A stretch of DNA of 49,238 nt from Candidatus Sericytochromatia bacterium (lineage in GTDB: Bacteria > Cyanobacteriota > Sericytochromatia > S15B-MN24 > UBA4093). Positions within the stretch are counted from its first letter, which is position 1, and every line of letters starts with the position of its first letter. Both the position numbers and the translations under genes were made by a program. The notes beneath the pieces are model-generated. The model saw nothing but the letters and a program-made list of their open reading frames with translations. It did not search any database and was not told where the DNA came from. The stretch is taken from NCBI GenBank assembly GCA_036676495.1, contig JAKFCT010000008.1, positions 1 to 49,238 of the forward strand, written 5' to 3'. Below are positions 9,330 through 19,395 of this stretch, one piece after another.

Positions 9330-11167
9330 CAGTCGCGCTCCTCGGCGAGGTCCACCTTCACCTCGATGGGCGGCCGGGTGGACGGAATGAAGCCGCGCAC
9401 GGCCACGTCGTGCGCATTGGCGCGCATGAGCCCCTGGGCATAAGCCATGCGCTCGTTGAGCTCCTGGGCGATCGGCGCAGAAAGCTGCTTACGGGCGACG
9501 AGGGCGGCCGTGAGGGTCTTGAACTCTTCCATGCGGCTGATCACGGGGGCGTTGGCCATGAAGGGGATATTAGCTGGCGAGCCGCCGGCGCTAGCCGACG
9601 TGCTGCCGGCGGCCGGGATCATGCTCGAGAGGGCCTGCACCTCCTGGCTGAGCGCGCGGGCCGAGGCCGAGAGCTCGTAGGTCCCGGTCGCGATGAGGCT
9701 TCGCAGGTAGGAGCCGTCGATCTCCTGCAGCACGCGCTTGGCGGCCTGGGCGGGATTGCGGTGCGGGATCATGGCCTTGCGCCGGAAGGGGCCCTCGGCG
9801 AGCGCGGAGAGCAGGCCGGGGCGCATGTGGCTCATGGCGAAGAAGATCACGCCGGGCTGGTTCTTTTGCTGGAGCATGCGAATCTGGGCCATGGTCTCCC
9901 AGGAGGCGTCGGTCATGCGGTGAGGGCCGAGGATCGGATACAAGAGGTTCGGGCGCTTGTAGCCGTCGGTCTCCCAGGAGAGCCAGGTGGCCAGCTCGTC
10001 GGCCTTCGAGGTGTAGAGCATGCTGGTGACGACGTTCACCCAGCGGTTGTTGGACCAGTGACGCCAGTGCTGCATCTTGGTGAGCCGCGCGAAGGACTCT
10101 CCCCGGAAGGTCGACGCCGAGACGGTGAGCCGGGGGTTCTTGCGCTTGAGGCGCTCGGAGAGGTCCTTCACCAGGAGGTTCACTTGCTCCTCGCGCCAGC
10201 CCTGCCACTCCGCGGCCGCCGTAGAGTTGGGCGGAATGGGCGACGGCGGGTACTGGCCGTACTTGGCGAAGTAATCGAGCGCGAAGTAAGTCCGGCTGCT
10301 CTCGTCCTCGGGGATGGTCTCGTCGTAGCGGACGTAGTCGAGCATGAGCCCGTCGAAGCCGTAGCGGGAGAACATCTCGTCGACGAGCAGCCCCACCCAT
10401 TGCCGGGCGCGGGGCTCGGCGGCCGAGAGGAAGCGAGGCTCGGTCTCGGTCGCATTGCGCGAGGCCAGCCCCGGAAGCCGATCGAGCACCGGGTTGCCGA
10501 AGCCCGGCGAGCGCACCCGCAGGGTCCAGATCCAGGGGTGGACTTCCATCCCCAGGGCATGCGCCTCGCTGACGAGCGTCTTGAGGAGATCCGGGCTCTT
10601 GCGGAACTCGGGGTCCTGCTCGGTGAGGCGGCTGGGGTAGAGCGTGTAGCCGCGCCGGAAGACCTCGGGGTAGATCACGTTGAAGCCGGCCTTGGACAGC
10701 GAGCCCAGGAGGTAGCGGATCCCCTCCGGAGACTTGGGGAGGGCTCCGGCGTCCAGGAACATGCCCCGGGCCTCCACCGCCCGCGAGGGCAGCATGCGCA
10801 GGCGCGCCGCGAGCATCGCCTCGCGGGCCTGAAGCAGCCAGCCTTCGGCGCGGGCCGGATCGTCCCGCATCTCGGCCATCAACGTCACGGTGTCGAGCGC
10901 CATGCGCGCCGCGGCCAGGTCCGCCGCGATCTTGCCCGACGGCACCTCCAGCCGCCGCGCCTGGGCCGCGGCGAAGTCCCCCTCGAGCTCCGTGAGGTCG
11001 CGCCGCAACCCCGGCACGGAGTCCATGGCCGGGGCCGCATGGGCCGCATGAGCCCCGCAGAAAAGGCTCATGATCACGGCTACGCAGCCTATTCGGTGTC
11101 GCTTCACGACGGAAACCAGCCTCCCAGTGCGATCTGCGGGGCGTGCATCCCCTCGAATCCCCGCCAT
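9329..11167 (-). CDS. Exported glycoside hydrolase-like protein (GHL10/DUF187 family)
   Basis: EARG, GFNVIYPEV, EAHALGMEVHPW, YGFDGLMLDYVRY, QHWRHW motifs; signal peptide (true start may be GTG 11107); TGATG coupling to the next gene. Confidence 0.85.
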   Translation of the reverse strand: MAGIRGDARPADRTGRLVSVVKRHRIGCVAVIMSLFCGAHAAHAAPAMDSVPGLRRDLTELEGDFAAAQARRLEVPSGKIAADLAAARMALDTVTLMAEMRDDPARAEGWLLQAREAMLAARLRMLPSRAVEARGMFLDAGALPKSPEGIRYLLGSLSKAGFNVIYPEVFRRGYTLYPSRLTEQDPEFRKSPDLLKTLVSEAHALGMEVHPWIWTLRVRSPGFGNPVLDRLPGLASRNATETEPRFLSAAEPRARQWVGLLVDEMFSRYGFDGLMLDYVRYDETIPEDESSRTYFALDYFAKYGQYPPSPIPPNSTAAAEWQGWREEQVNLLVKDLSERLKRKNPRLTVSASTFRGESFARLTKMQHWRHWSNNRWVNVVTSMLYTSKADELATWLSWETDGYKRPNLLYPILGPHRMTDASWETMAQIRMLQQKNQPGVIFFAMSHMRPGLLSALAEGPFRRKAMIPHRNPAQAAKRVLQEIDGSYLRSLIATGTYELSASARALSQEVQALSSMIPAAGSTSASAGGSPANIPFMANAPVISRMEEFKTLTAALVARKQLSAPIAQELNERMAYAQGLMRANAHDVAVRGFIPSTRPPIEVKVDLAEERD

Positions 11168-11273
11168 TGTGCGGCGAGCCGTCTCTATCTAACCGGGCAA
11201 AGGCCCCCCCGTCAACGTCCGTACGGGGTGAGGGCTATTGTGTATTTTTGTGAAGCGTGTTATCCTCCGGGCC

Positions 11274-12032
11274 ATGAACGACCCGAAGTGCGACGCCATG
11301 CGATTGCTCGCGAGCGGGCGGCCAGTCGATCTGGCCGCCCCGCGCGATGATGCCCACCTCCTGGCCATCGGCCACGAGGCATGCCGCGTCCTCAAAGACG
11401 CCGGCATCCCCGCCATGGTCGGTGGCGGCATCGCCGTCTGGGTCTACGGCCGGCGCCGCTACACCAAGGACATGGACCTCTTCATCCCGCCCCGGATCCC
11501 CCTGGTCGCCCTCGACGCCCTCGGCAAGGCCGGCTTCCACACCCGCGAAACCGACGCCTCCTGGCTCTACAAGGCCATCAAGCAGGACGTCCTGGTCGAC
11601 CTGATCGTCTGGACCACCGGCAACATCCGCGTCACCGACGAAACCTTCGCGCGCGCCCGAAAGGCCCAGATCGACGGCCACGCCTTCACCCTCATGGGCC
11701 CCGAGGACGTCCTCTTCCGCAAGATCCTCTCCCATAAAGAAGACCGTCGCGACTGGTACGACGGCCTCTCCATGCTGGCTCTCCCCCAGGCTGGCTTCGA
11801 TTGGGAGTACTTCCTCCGCCTCGTCGGCGTCCGCTACGCCCGAAGAGCCCTCAGCTTCCTCTTCTACGCCCAGACCGAGATCCGACCCGAGGTCGCCCCG
11901 CCTGCCGTGATCGCCGAACTCCTCGACCGCCTCTGTGAGGAAAGCTCCCTCGGCTCCCCGCTCGGCCCCGTGCTCTTCGCCCCCAGCCCGCGGTTCTCCC
12001 CGCGCCTCGCCCCAGGCCTCCCTCAGGAATAG
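11274..12032 (+). CDS. Nucleotidyltransferase-family protein
   Basis: 'VGGGIAVWVYG...TKDMDLF' is a Pol-beta-type G-G...DxD motif; 'GPEDVLFRK', 'DWEYFL'. Confidence 0.75.
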   Translation: MNDPKCDAMRLLASGRPVDLAAPRDDAHLLAIGHEACRVLKDAGIPAMVGGGIAVWVYGRRRYTKDMDLFIPPRIPLVALDALGKAGFHTRETDASWLYKAIKQDVLVDLIVWTTGNIRVTDETFARARKAQIDGHAFTLMGPEDVLFRKILSHKEDRRDWYDGLSMLALPQAGFDWEYFLRLVGVRYARRALSFLFYAQTEIRPEVAPPAVIAELLDRLCEESSLGSPLGPVLFAPSPRFSPRLAPGLPQE

Positions 12033-12039
12033 CCCCGCG

Positions 12040-13785
12040 CTACGCCTCCGGTGCCGCGAGCCGCGCGATCGCCTCCGCGTCCGGCGTCACGAAGAGCGTC
12101 TTCTCATGCTCGTAGATCACCATGCCGGGCTTCGCCCCCGAAGGCTTCTTCACGAAGCGCTTCCGCGTGAACACCACCGGCACCTTGCTCGACGCCCGCG
12201 CCTGCGAGAACCATGCCGCCAGCATCGCCGCCTCGTCCCGGGTCCGCTCCGGCAACTCCCCGCTCACCCCCCGTACCAGCACATGCGAGCCCGGGATGAT
12301 CTGCGTGTGGAACCACCAATCCTCCGGCCGCGCCAGCTTCAAGGTCAAGAGATCGTTCTGACGATTGTTCCGGCCCACCAGGATCTCCAGCCCATCGCTC
12401 GAAACGAACCGGCTGGGCTGCGATTCCGGCTCCTTCTTGGTGCCGCGCGGCGGCCGGCCCTTGGGAGGGGCTTCCGGATTGAGCTCCTGCCTCACCTCCA
12501 GCAGATCCTCCAGCCGCGTAGCCTGGGCGATCGCCGTCGCCACCGACTCCCAGTACCGGATCTCCTCTTGGCCCTCGTCCAGCAGACGCTGGCTCACTTC
12601 CATCCCCGCCTTCGCCTTCTGATACCGCCGAAAGTACCGCTGGGCGTTCTCGGAGGGCGTGAGCCTCGGGTCGAGCGGAATGTGGAGGGTCGGAGAGCCG
12701 TCGACGTAGTGATTGGGCGCCTCGAGGCTTTGCGCTCCCGGCGGAAGGCCCCAGCCGTAAGCCAGGATCAGCTCCCCCCACAGCTTCTGCTCCTCCGCCC
12801 GCTCGCCGGCCAGCACCCCCTCGCGGATCCGCTCTTGCCGCGTCGTTTGCTTGGCCAGCCGCTCCTTGACGTCCTTGGCGAGCACGGAGCGCATCGCCTC
12901 CAGCCGCTCGCCGGTCTCGATTTCCCGGTAATACCCATCCAGGAGGGCGTTGGCGTCGGACGGAGGCGGCGCCTCAGCCCGGGTCCAAAGCATGCGGTAG
13001 TCCCAAGGCTTCCCCGTTTCCCGCTGGGCGCAGAAGACGCCCCGCCGGATATTGGCCATGGCCTGATCCCAGGTGGACGCCAGCCGCGAAAGGGCTTCAG
13101 ACTCCAGCTGATGGGCGTCAGCCTTGGGGGAGAGCCCCGCGTCCTCGCAGATCTGGGCGATCGCGATCTTGCTCAGGCTGTGCAAGCCCGCCAGGATGGC
13201 GCTGTCGAGCGCGCCCCCCGGCGCGAGCAGGGCCAGCAGATCCGCGCCCGAGACGTCGCGCGGGTCGCGCCGGTTGGCCGGCACGGGAGGAGGGTCGTAG
13301 GGGATGCCCGCGTAGATCTGGCGCTCCCGGCTCATGCTGGCGGTCACCGTGCGCAGGCTCCCCAGCACCGTCCCGTCGGGACGATCCAGCAAAATCAGGT
13401 TGGAGTGCTTCCCGGTGAGCTCGGCCACCAGCACCCGCTCGATCGGATCCCCCAGCTCGTCGCGGCCCGTGGTGACGATCTGGATCACGCGCTCCAGGCC
13501 GACTTGCTCCACGCGCAGCACCCGGCTGCCCTCCAGGTGCTTGCGAAGCAGCATGCAAAACATGGGAGGCTGGGCCGGGTTGTCCGGACGGCTCTCGGTC
13601 AGGTGGACGCGCGAGAACGCCCCGCGGACGGAGAAGAGCAGCCGGAAGACCTCTCGGCCTCCGCGCAGCTGCCAGAGCATCTCGGTAGGGGTGGGGACAT
13701 GGATCTTCTCGATGCGGGCGCCCGTGAGGCGTTCGTTCAGTTCGCGGGCGATGGCGGCGAGGGTGAGGCTATCAACGGTTTGCAT
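12040..13785 (-). CDS. rqcH: NFACT/FbpA-family ribosome quality-control factor (Rqc2 homolog)
   Basis: FCMLLRKHLEG, ELTGKHSNLIL, ENAQRYFRRYQKAK, VGRNNRQNDLLT, FHTQIIPGSHV, VKKPSGAKPGMVIY. Confidence 0.93.
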   Translation of the reverse strand: MQTVDSLTLAAIARELNERLTGARIEKIHVPTPTEMLWQLRGGREVFRLLFSVRGAFSRVHLTESRPDNPAQPPMFCMLLRKHLEGSRVLRVEQVGLERVIQIVTTGRDELGDPIERVLVAELTGKHSNLILLDRPDGTVLGSLRTVTASMSRERQIYAGIPYDPPPVPANRRDPRDVSGADLLALLAPGGALDSAILAGLHSLSKIAIAQICEDAGLSPKADAHQLESEALSRLASTWDQAMANIRRGVFCAQRETGKPWDYRMLWTRAEAPPPSDANALLDGYYREIETGERLEAMRSVLAKDVKERLAKQTTRQERIREGVLAGERAEEQKLWGELILAYGWGLPPGAQSLEAPNHYVDGSPTLHIPLDPRLTPSENAQRYFRRYQKAKAGMEVSQRLLDEGQEEIRYWESVATAIAQATRLEDLLEVRQELNPEAPPKGRPPRGTKKEPESQPSRFVSSDGLEILVGRNNRQNDLLTLKLARPEDWWFHTQIIPGSHVLVRGVSGELPERTRDEAAMLAAWFSQARASSKVPVVFTRKRFVKKPSGAKPGMVIYEHEKTLFVTPDAEAIARLAAPEA

Positions 13786-13861
13786 GGCCCCATCATACCA
13801 GTTCCCTTGCGTGCCAAAGCCCCAGGGCTTACACTCCGAAAGGATCTACCGGAAGGTGCCC

Positions 13862-14710
13862 ATGTTCGCTAAGCTCAAACCCTGGCTTTCGGTCGTCATG
13901 GCCGTCACGCTGCTGACCCTTTACCTCTCGGGACGCGTCGAAGGCCCCCTCGCGCTCGGCCTCGTCGCGGCGCTCGAGGGCGGGCTCGTGTTCTGGGCCC
14001 TTTGGGGCCTATACAAGTCCCTCAAGGGCTTCCATGGCGCCGTCGGTGATCCCTGGAAAGGCCTCGAAACCGCCCTCAGCGAGATCATGCCCGCCCAAGC
14101 CGCGCGGCTCGTGGTCATGGAGTTCAGGCTCTGGGGCTGTCTTTACGCCTGGATGCGCCGCCGCCCGCTGGGACCCGACGCCTTCCCGTACCACAGCCGC
14201 TCTCCGATAGGCATGCTCATGGGGGTCGTGCTCCTCACCACTCCCCTGGAGATTGCCGTCATCGAGCTCCTGATTCCGTGGCCTTGGCTGCGAATCGCGA
14301 CCCTGGTGCTTGCCCTCTACGCCGTCCTCTGGCTGATCATGCTCTTCTCGAGCTTGCGCTCGCTGCCTCACCGCATGGCGCCCGAGGGCCTGGAGCTTCG
14401 CTACGGCGTCCTCGCCGGCGCGTTCATCCCTTACGACCGGATTGCCGAGGCCCATGTCATGATGGCCTCCCCGCCCAAGACCGGGGATGGCCTTCAGGTC
14501 ATCGGCGAGACGGCCTATCTCGTCGTCGGCGGGGAGACCAACCTCGTTTTGCGCCTCACGCAGCCCATGCCGCTTGACAAGACGCTGGGAGAGACCTCCC
14601 CGGTTCGCGAGATCCACTTCGTCACCGACGAGCCCAAGCGCATGATCGAGCGCCTCGTTGCGCGCTTGAAGCCCGTCGACGCGGAGCCTTCGCTATCCGC
14701 TCAGGCGTAG
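13862..14710 (+). CDS. Hypothetical membrane protein (possible C-terminal bacterial PH-like domain)
   Basis: About 4 TM segments followed by 'LELRYG...IPYDRI'; ATG at 13862. Confidence 0.65.
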   Translation: MFAKLKPWLSVVMAVTLLTLYLSGRVEGPLALGLVAALEGGLVFWALWGLYKSLKGFHGAVGDPWKGLETALSEIMPAQAARLVVMEFRLWGCLYAWMRRRPLGPDAFPYHSRSPIGMLMGVVLLTTPLEIAVIELLIPWPWLRIATLVLALYAVLWLIMLFSSLRSLPHRMAPEGLELRYGVLAGAFIPYDRIAEAHVMMASPPKTGDGLQVIGETAYLVVGGETNLVLRLTQPMPLDKTLGETSPVREIHFVTDEPKRMIERLVARLKPVDAEPSLSAQA

Positions 14711-14750
14711 AAGGGGTAAAATAGCGAGGTCTGAGCCACTCAAGGGGAGC

Positions 14751-15455
14751 GTGATGATTCGTATCCGGGACCTCACCAAGCATTACCAGACCGGAGACCA
14801 GACCATCCGGGCGCTCGACGGGGTCAGCCTCGACATCGCGGAGGGCGAGTTCGTCGCCATCATGGGAGCCTCGGGCTCCGGCAAGTCCACCCTCATGAAC
14901 ATCGTCGGCTGCCTGGACACCCCGACCTCCGGCAGCTACGAGTTCGAGAACCTGCCGCTCGATCGCTACGAGGACGATGCCCTGGCGAAGATTCGCAACC
15001 AGAAAATCGGCTTCGTCTTCCAGAACTTCAACCTGCTTCCCCGCACCTCTGCCGCCGAGAACGTCGAGCTGCCGATGCTCTACGCCGGCGTCCCCCCTAC
15101 CGAGCGCAAGCGTCGGGCCCTCGAAGCCCTGGAGCGGGTAGGCCTCGGAGAGCGAACCGATCACAAGCCCAATGAGCTCTCCGGCGGTCAGCAGCAGCGC
15201 GTCTCGATCGCCCGGGCCATCGTCAATCGGCCCAAGATTCTCTTGGCCGACGAGCCCACCGGAGCCCTCGACTCCAAGACCAGCGAGGAGATCATGGCCC
15301 TCTTCACCGAACTCAACCGCCAGGGGATGACGATCGTGCTCATCACGCATGAGCCCGACGTGGCGGAGTATGCCCAGCGCGTCATTCGCTTTCGCGACGG
15401 GCGCATCCTGTCGGATGAGACGCGCGCCTCGACCCGCGGGGAGGTCCGTGCATGA
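14751..15455 (+). CDS. ABC transporter ATP-binding protein (MacB/LolD type)
   Basis: GASGSGKS Walker A, LSGGQQQRV signature, ILLADEPTGALD, ITHE. Confidence 0.95.
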   Translation: MMIRIRDLTKHYQTGDQTIRALDGVSLDIAEGEFVAIMGASGSGKSTLMNIVGCLDTPTSGSYEFENLPLDRYEDDALAKIRNQKIGFVFQNFNLLPRTSAAENVELPMLYAGVPPTERKRRALEALERVGLGERTDHKPNELSGGQQQRVSIARAIVNRPKILLADEPTGALDSKTSEEIMALFTELNRQGMTIVLITHEPDVAEYAQRVIRFRDGRILSDETRASTRGEVRA

Positions 15456-16882
15456 GGCCTTTGCTCGCCATCACCCTTCTCGCGGGCCTGTCGATCGTGC
15501 CGGCCGGGGGTCCAGCCCAGGCCGCAGGGGCCGGAGCGGTTCTGGATCCCGCCGTGCGGGCTCCCGCTGTGCGGGCTCCCGCTGTGCGGGCTCCTGGCTT
15601 GCAGGTTTCGGCGTTGACGCTGGAGGAGGCGATCGCCCGGGCGATCGCTACCCATCCCGACACTAGGATCGCCCGGGCGCAAATCGACCAGGCTGGCCTG
15701 AGCGTCGCCGACGTCAACGCCCAGCGGCTCCAGCTCTCGGCGGATGCCTCCGTGCTGGGGCGGCACGCCCAGACGGGCCTCTTGGCCGAGAACGTCCCCG
15801 GGACCCAGACGGACCAGACGGGGATCAACGGGACCGTCGGCCTGACCGTTCCGATCTTCACTGGGGGCAAGCTGACCCAGGGCCTGCGCGCCGCCGAGCG
15901 CCACCGCGACGCCGCGACCTACCAGGGGGCCATGACGCGCGCGGACCTGACCTTCGAGGTGACCCGGGCCTTCTGGAACCTGGCTCGACAGGAAGCGCTC
16001 GCTCAGGTCCAGCAGGAGACGATCGTCCAGGCGCAGCGCGCCCTGTCGCTGACCAAGGCGAGCTACGGCCTGGGACGCCTGACCTCCAACGACGTCGACC
16101 GGGCCGAGGTCGATGCCCTCAACACCCAGGACGCCCTCTTGCGCGTGAAGGCGCAGGCCGAGGAGGCCCGGGTGCGCCTGGCGGCGCTCTTGGGGTTGCC
16201 GGCTTCCGAGGTGACCATCGCCCCGGGGACTCCCCTGGCGGGGCAACTGGCATCGACGTCACCTGCCGCCCCGTCGCCTTCCGTGCCAACCTTCACCTTG
16301 CCGGAGCCCGAGGAGGCCCTCGCCAATCATCCCAGGGTTCAGGCGGCGCAAGCGCGCCTCGAGGCGGCTCAGGCGAGCGTGGCCGCCGCCCACGGGGATC
16401 GTTGGCCGCAACTGGCGCTCATCACGACCTACCAGCACGGCAACAACCCCTTCGATCCGCTCAGCGGCGCGCGAGGCCTGGGCTCCTTCTCGGGGACCTG
16501 GGACGCGCGCCTCTCCGCCAACCTCAACGTCTTCGACAACGGCCGGATCGGCCGCGAGGTCGCCAGGGCGGAGGGTGAGCTGGCGATCGCCCGGGCCAAC
16601 CTCGACAAAACGCGCCGCGAGGTGCGTTCGAGCATCGAGGTCGCGCTCATCCGGGCCCAGAGCGCCCAGCAGCGGGCGGCCTTGGCGGATCGATCGAGCG
16701 GAGTGGCCGCCAAGACCCTCACCTGGGTCGAGACCCGCTATGAGCAAGGCTATTCCCTGCTGGTCGAGGTCCATGACTCGCGTCGCAGCTTGCTGACGGC
16801 GCGTACCCAGCGCATCGAGGCGCAAGTCGATTTCCAGATTGCCCGTGCGGAGCTCGCGCTCGCCATGGGCAGGACCGAGTAA
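15452..16882 (+). CDS. TolC-family outer membrane efflux protein
   Basis: Signal peptide; LTLEEAIARAIATHP, VPIFTGG, two OEP-like repeats; lies within an exporter operon. Confidence 0.88.
   Translation: MRPLLAITLLAGLSIVPAGGPAQAAGAGAVLDPAVRAPAVRAPAVRAPGLQVSALTLEEAIARAIATHPDTRIARAQIDQAGLSVADVNAQRLQLSADASVLGRHAQTGLLAENVPGTQTDQTGINGTVGLTVPIFTGGKLTQGLRAAERHRDAATYQGAMTRADLTFEVTRAFWNLARQEALAQVQQETIVQAQRALSLTKASYGLGRLTSNDVDRAEVDALNTQDALLRVKAQAEEARVRLAALLGLPASEVTIAPGTPLAGQLASTSPAAPSPSVPTFTLPEPEEALANHPRVQAAQARLEAAQASVAAAHGDRWPQLALITTYQHGNNPFDPLSGARGLGSFSGTWDARLSANLNVFDNGRIGREVARAEGELAIARANLDKTRREVRSSIEVALIRAQSAQQRAALADRSSGVAAKTLTWVETRYEQGYSLLVEVHDSRRSLLTARTQRIEAQVDFQIARAELALAMGRTE
15548..15594 (+). repeat. 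15-bp tandem repeat x3 (PAVRA) in the TolC N-terminus
   Basis: CCCGC(C/T)GTGCGGGCT three times, in frame. Confidence 0.85.
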
Positions 16883-16895
16883 AGGAGCCCCCGCC

Positions 16896-18176
16896 ATGTC
16901 TCGTCGCAAAAAGCTGATCATCGCCGGCGTCCTGCTTCTGGTCGTCGGCGGCGGCGGGGCCGCCGTCATGCTCGGTGCCAAGGGCGCCTCCACGGCCAAG
17001 GAAGAGACCGTCACGGTCCAGGAGGGGGCATTGAAGGTCGTGGTCTCCGAGACCGGCACCATCGAGCCGCTGACCAAGGTCGAGATCAAGAGCCGGGTAG
17101 CGGGCCAGGTCGCCGAACTGCGGGTGGACGTCGGGGACCGCGTGGAGAAGGGTCAGCTGCTCATCCAGCTCGACACGACGGACATGGAGCGCGAGCGCGC
17201 CCGGGCGGAAGCCGACCGGGACATGGTCAAGGCCCGCCTCTCCATGCTGGAAGCCGGGGCGCGCCCGGAGGAAATCCGGGAGGCGCAGGCGCAACTCGAG
17301 CAGGCGGAGTCGGCCTACCAGCGCGCGGACGCCGAGTACCGCCGCAGCCAAGCGGCCCTGAAGGCCGAGACCATCACCCTGCGCGATGCCGAGACCGCCC
17401 GCAACGACTACGACGGCGCGCGTGCCCAGCGGGACGCGGCCAAGGCGCGCTTGGCCAGGCTGAAGGCCGGCTCGCGCCCCGAGGAGATCACGGAGGCCCG
17501 TGCCCAGCTCTCCAAGGCCGAGGTGGCGCTGAAGGCCGCCGAGGATCAGCTCTCCTACGCGTCGATTCGCTCCCCGATGGCGGGAACCGTCATCAAGCGG
17601 GGCATCGAGGTCGGCGAGATGGTCTCGCCGGGCGTCTCGGCCACCGCGCAGGGCACGAGCATGCTGACCGTGGCGGATCTCGATCGCTTGATCCTCAAGA
17701 GCAGCCTCAACCAGATCGATATCGGCAAGGTCTCGAAGGGCCTCTCGGTCGAGGTCCGGGTGGATTCGGCCCCGGGCAAGGTCTTCATCGGGGCGATCCA
17801 CAAGGTGGCGCCGGCGGCCGAAGCCGGCAACAACTCTCAGGACGGCCTCCAGACCTTTCCCGTCGAGACCATCCTGAAGGCCGACTCCGGCGCCCGGACG
17901 GAGCTCTTGAAGCCCGGCATGACGGCGGACCTGGACATCCAGGTGACGACCAAGGCGAACGCCCTCTACCTGCCCGTCGAGGCCGTGATCCGCGGCAAGG
18001 GGAACGAAGCCACGGTGACCTTGCCCGCCAAGAGCAAGGAAGCCAAGCCCGAGACCCGCACGATCAAGCTGGGACTCACGAACGACCACCAGATCGAGGT
18101 CCTGGAGGGCCTCGCGAAGGGGGACGCCGTCCTGATCAAGCCGGCCTCCTCGGCTGACAACGCCGCGAAGTTCTAG
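16896..18176 (+). CDS. Efflux periplasmic adaptor subunit (MacA/HlyD family)
   Basis: N-terminal TM, 'SRVAGQVAELRVDVGDRVEKGQLL' lipoyl half, coiled coil, 'IRSPMAG', 'LKPGMTA'; AAGGAG RBS. Confidence 0.92.
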   Translation: MSRRKKLIIAGVLLLVVGGGGAAVMLGAKGASTAKEETVTVQEGALKVVVSETGTIEPLTKVEIKSRVAGQVAELRVDVGDRVEKGQLLIQLDTTDMERERARAEADRDMVKARLSMLEAGARPEEIREAQAQLEQAESAYQRADAEYRRSQAALKAETITLRDAETARNDYDGARAQRDAAKARLARLKAGSRPEEITEARAQLSKAEVALKAAEDQLSYASIRSPMAGTVIKRGIEVGEMVSPGVSATAQGTSMLTVADLDRLILKSSLNQIDIGKVSKGLSVEVRVDSAPGKVFIGAIHKVAPAAEAGNNSQDGLQTFPVETILKADSGARTELLKPGMTADLDIQVTTKANALYLPVEAVIRGKGNEATVTLPAKSKEAKPETRTIKLGLTNDHQIEVLEGLAKGDAVLIKPASSADNAAKF

Positions 18177-18177
18177 C

Positions 18178-19392
18178 ATGCTCGGCGAGTACCTGCGCCT
18201 GGCGTTCAAGACCCTGCGAACGAACCGTCTGCGGTCGATTCTCACGGTCTTGAGCATCACGATCGGGGTGACGTCCGTCATCCTGCTCACCAGCCTCGCG
18301 CAGAGCGGCCTCGCGACCCTCATCCGGGGCGTCGAGGAGGTCGGCGGCACCCGCTTCATCATGCTCTGGCCGGATCAGCCGAAACGCGCCGCGGGCAAGT
18401 CCGCACACTACCTCAAGGGCCTCACCTACGAGGACGCCGAGGTCCTGAAGGCCCTTCCCGACGTCGAGCGCGGAACCGTCTTGCACCAGGCAGGCAAGGT
18501 CAACGCCCGGCGCCCCGGAACATCCGAGCGCCAGACCGACTTGCTGGGAACCGACCAGGACTTCACCAAGGCCTTCGTCTACGAGCTGGCAAGCGGACGA
18601 AACCTCACCTCCGCCGATCTGCAGGACCGCCGCCGCGTGGTCCTGGTCGGTGACGTGCTCGCCTCCAAGCTCTTTCCCGGCGAGGAGGCCGTGGGCAAGG
18701 AGATCGTCCTCAAGGACGAGCGCTACCGGATCGTCGGCCGCTTGGCCTTCGCGGCGAAGTCCGGCATGAGCTTCGGCTTCGACTGGAACGACGTCGCCCT
18801 CGTCCCCTTGACGGTGGTCAGCCCAGGTGGAAGGGTCTCGACCATCAGCTTGACGAGCCGGGATCCCTCCCGGAATGGACCGCTTCTCGATCGTGCCAAC
18901 GCCCTCTTGATGCACCGCCACAACGGCCTGGACGACTTCCGCTTCCTGGACTTCGGAGGCATGCTCAAGGGCTTCTACGCGGTCTTCTACGGCATGATCC
19001 TGGTGGTCGGCTTGATCGCCGGGATGAGCCTGGTGATCGGCGGGGTGGGCATCATGAACATCATGCTCGTGGCGGTGGCCGAGCGGAAGCGCGAGATCGG
19101 CCTGCGCAAGGCGGTCGGCGCCCCGCAATCCGCCATCATGCGGCAGTTCCTGGTGGAGGCGGTGGTCCTGAGCCTCTTCGGTGCCGCCATCGGAGCCGCC
19201 GTCGGCATCGGCCTCGCTCAGTTCGCGGCCTGGCTCGGCCCCGTGATCAACAAGGGCTGGGTGGGCATCGTGAGCCAACCCGCCATCGCGATCGCCGTCC
19301 TCGCCTCGGCAGCCATCGGCCTCTTCTTCGGCTGGTATCCCGCCAAGCAGGCCGCCAAGCTCGACCCCATCCTCTGCTTGCGATCGGAGTAG
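18178..19392 (+). CDS. ABC transporter permease (MacB/FtsX family)
   Basis: RLRSILTVLSITIGV; GGVGIMNIMLVAVAERKREIGLRKAVGA; FGWYPA. Confidence 0.93.
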   Translation: MLGEYLRLAFKTLRTNRLRSILTVLSITIGVTSVILLTSLAQSGLATLIRGVEEVGGTRFIMLWPDQPKRAAGKSAHYLKGLTYEDAEVLKALPDVERGTVLHQAGKVNARRPGTSERQTDLLGTDQDFTKAFVYELASGRNLTSADLQDRRRVVLVGDVLASKLFPGEEAVGKEIVLKDERYRIVGRLAFAAKSGMSFGFDWNDVALVPLTVVSPGGRVSTISLTSRDPSRNGPLLDRANALLMHRHNGLDDFRFLDFGGMLKGFYAVFYGMILVVGLIAGMSLVIGGVGIMNIMLVAVAERKREIGLRKAVGAPQSAIMRQFLVEAVVLSLFGAAIGAAVGIGLAQFAAWLGPVINKGWVGIVSQPAIAIAVLASAAIGLFFGWYPAKQAAKLDPILCLRSE

Positions 19393-19395
19393 CTG

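Noticed and set aside
9410-11350. Long antisense ORFs (also 1305-2654, 4978-6507, 11935-13872, 16719-18362, 26325-27548, 38607-40037, 48408-49142)
   Set aside because: Shadow frames of well-supported genes in high-GC DNA; no motifs or RBS.
15548-15594. Phase-variation repeat in TolC
   Set aside because: Unit length is a multiple of three, so slippage would not switch expression.
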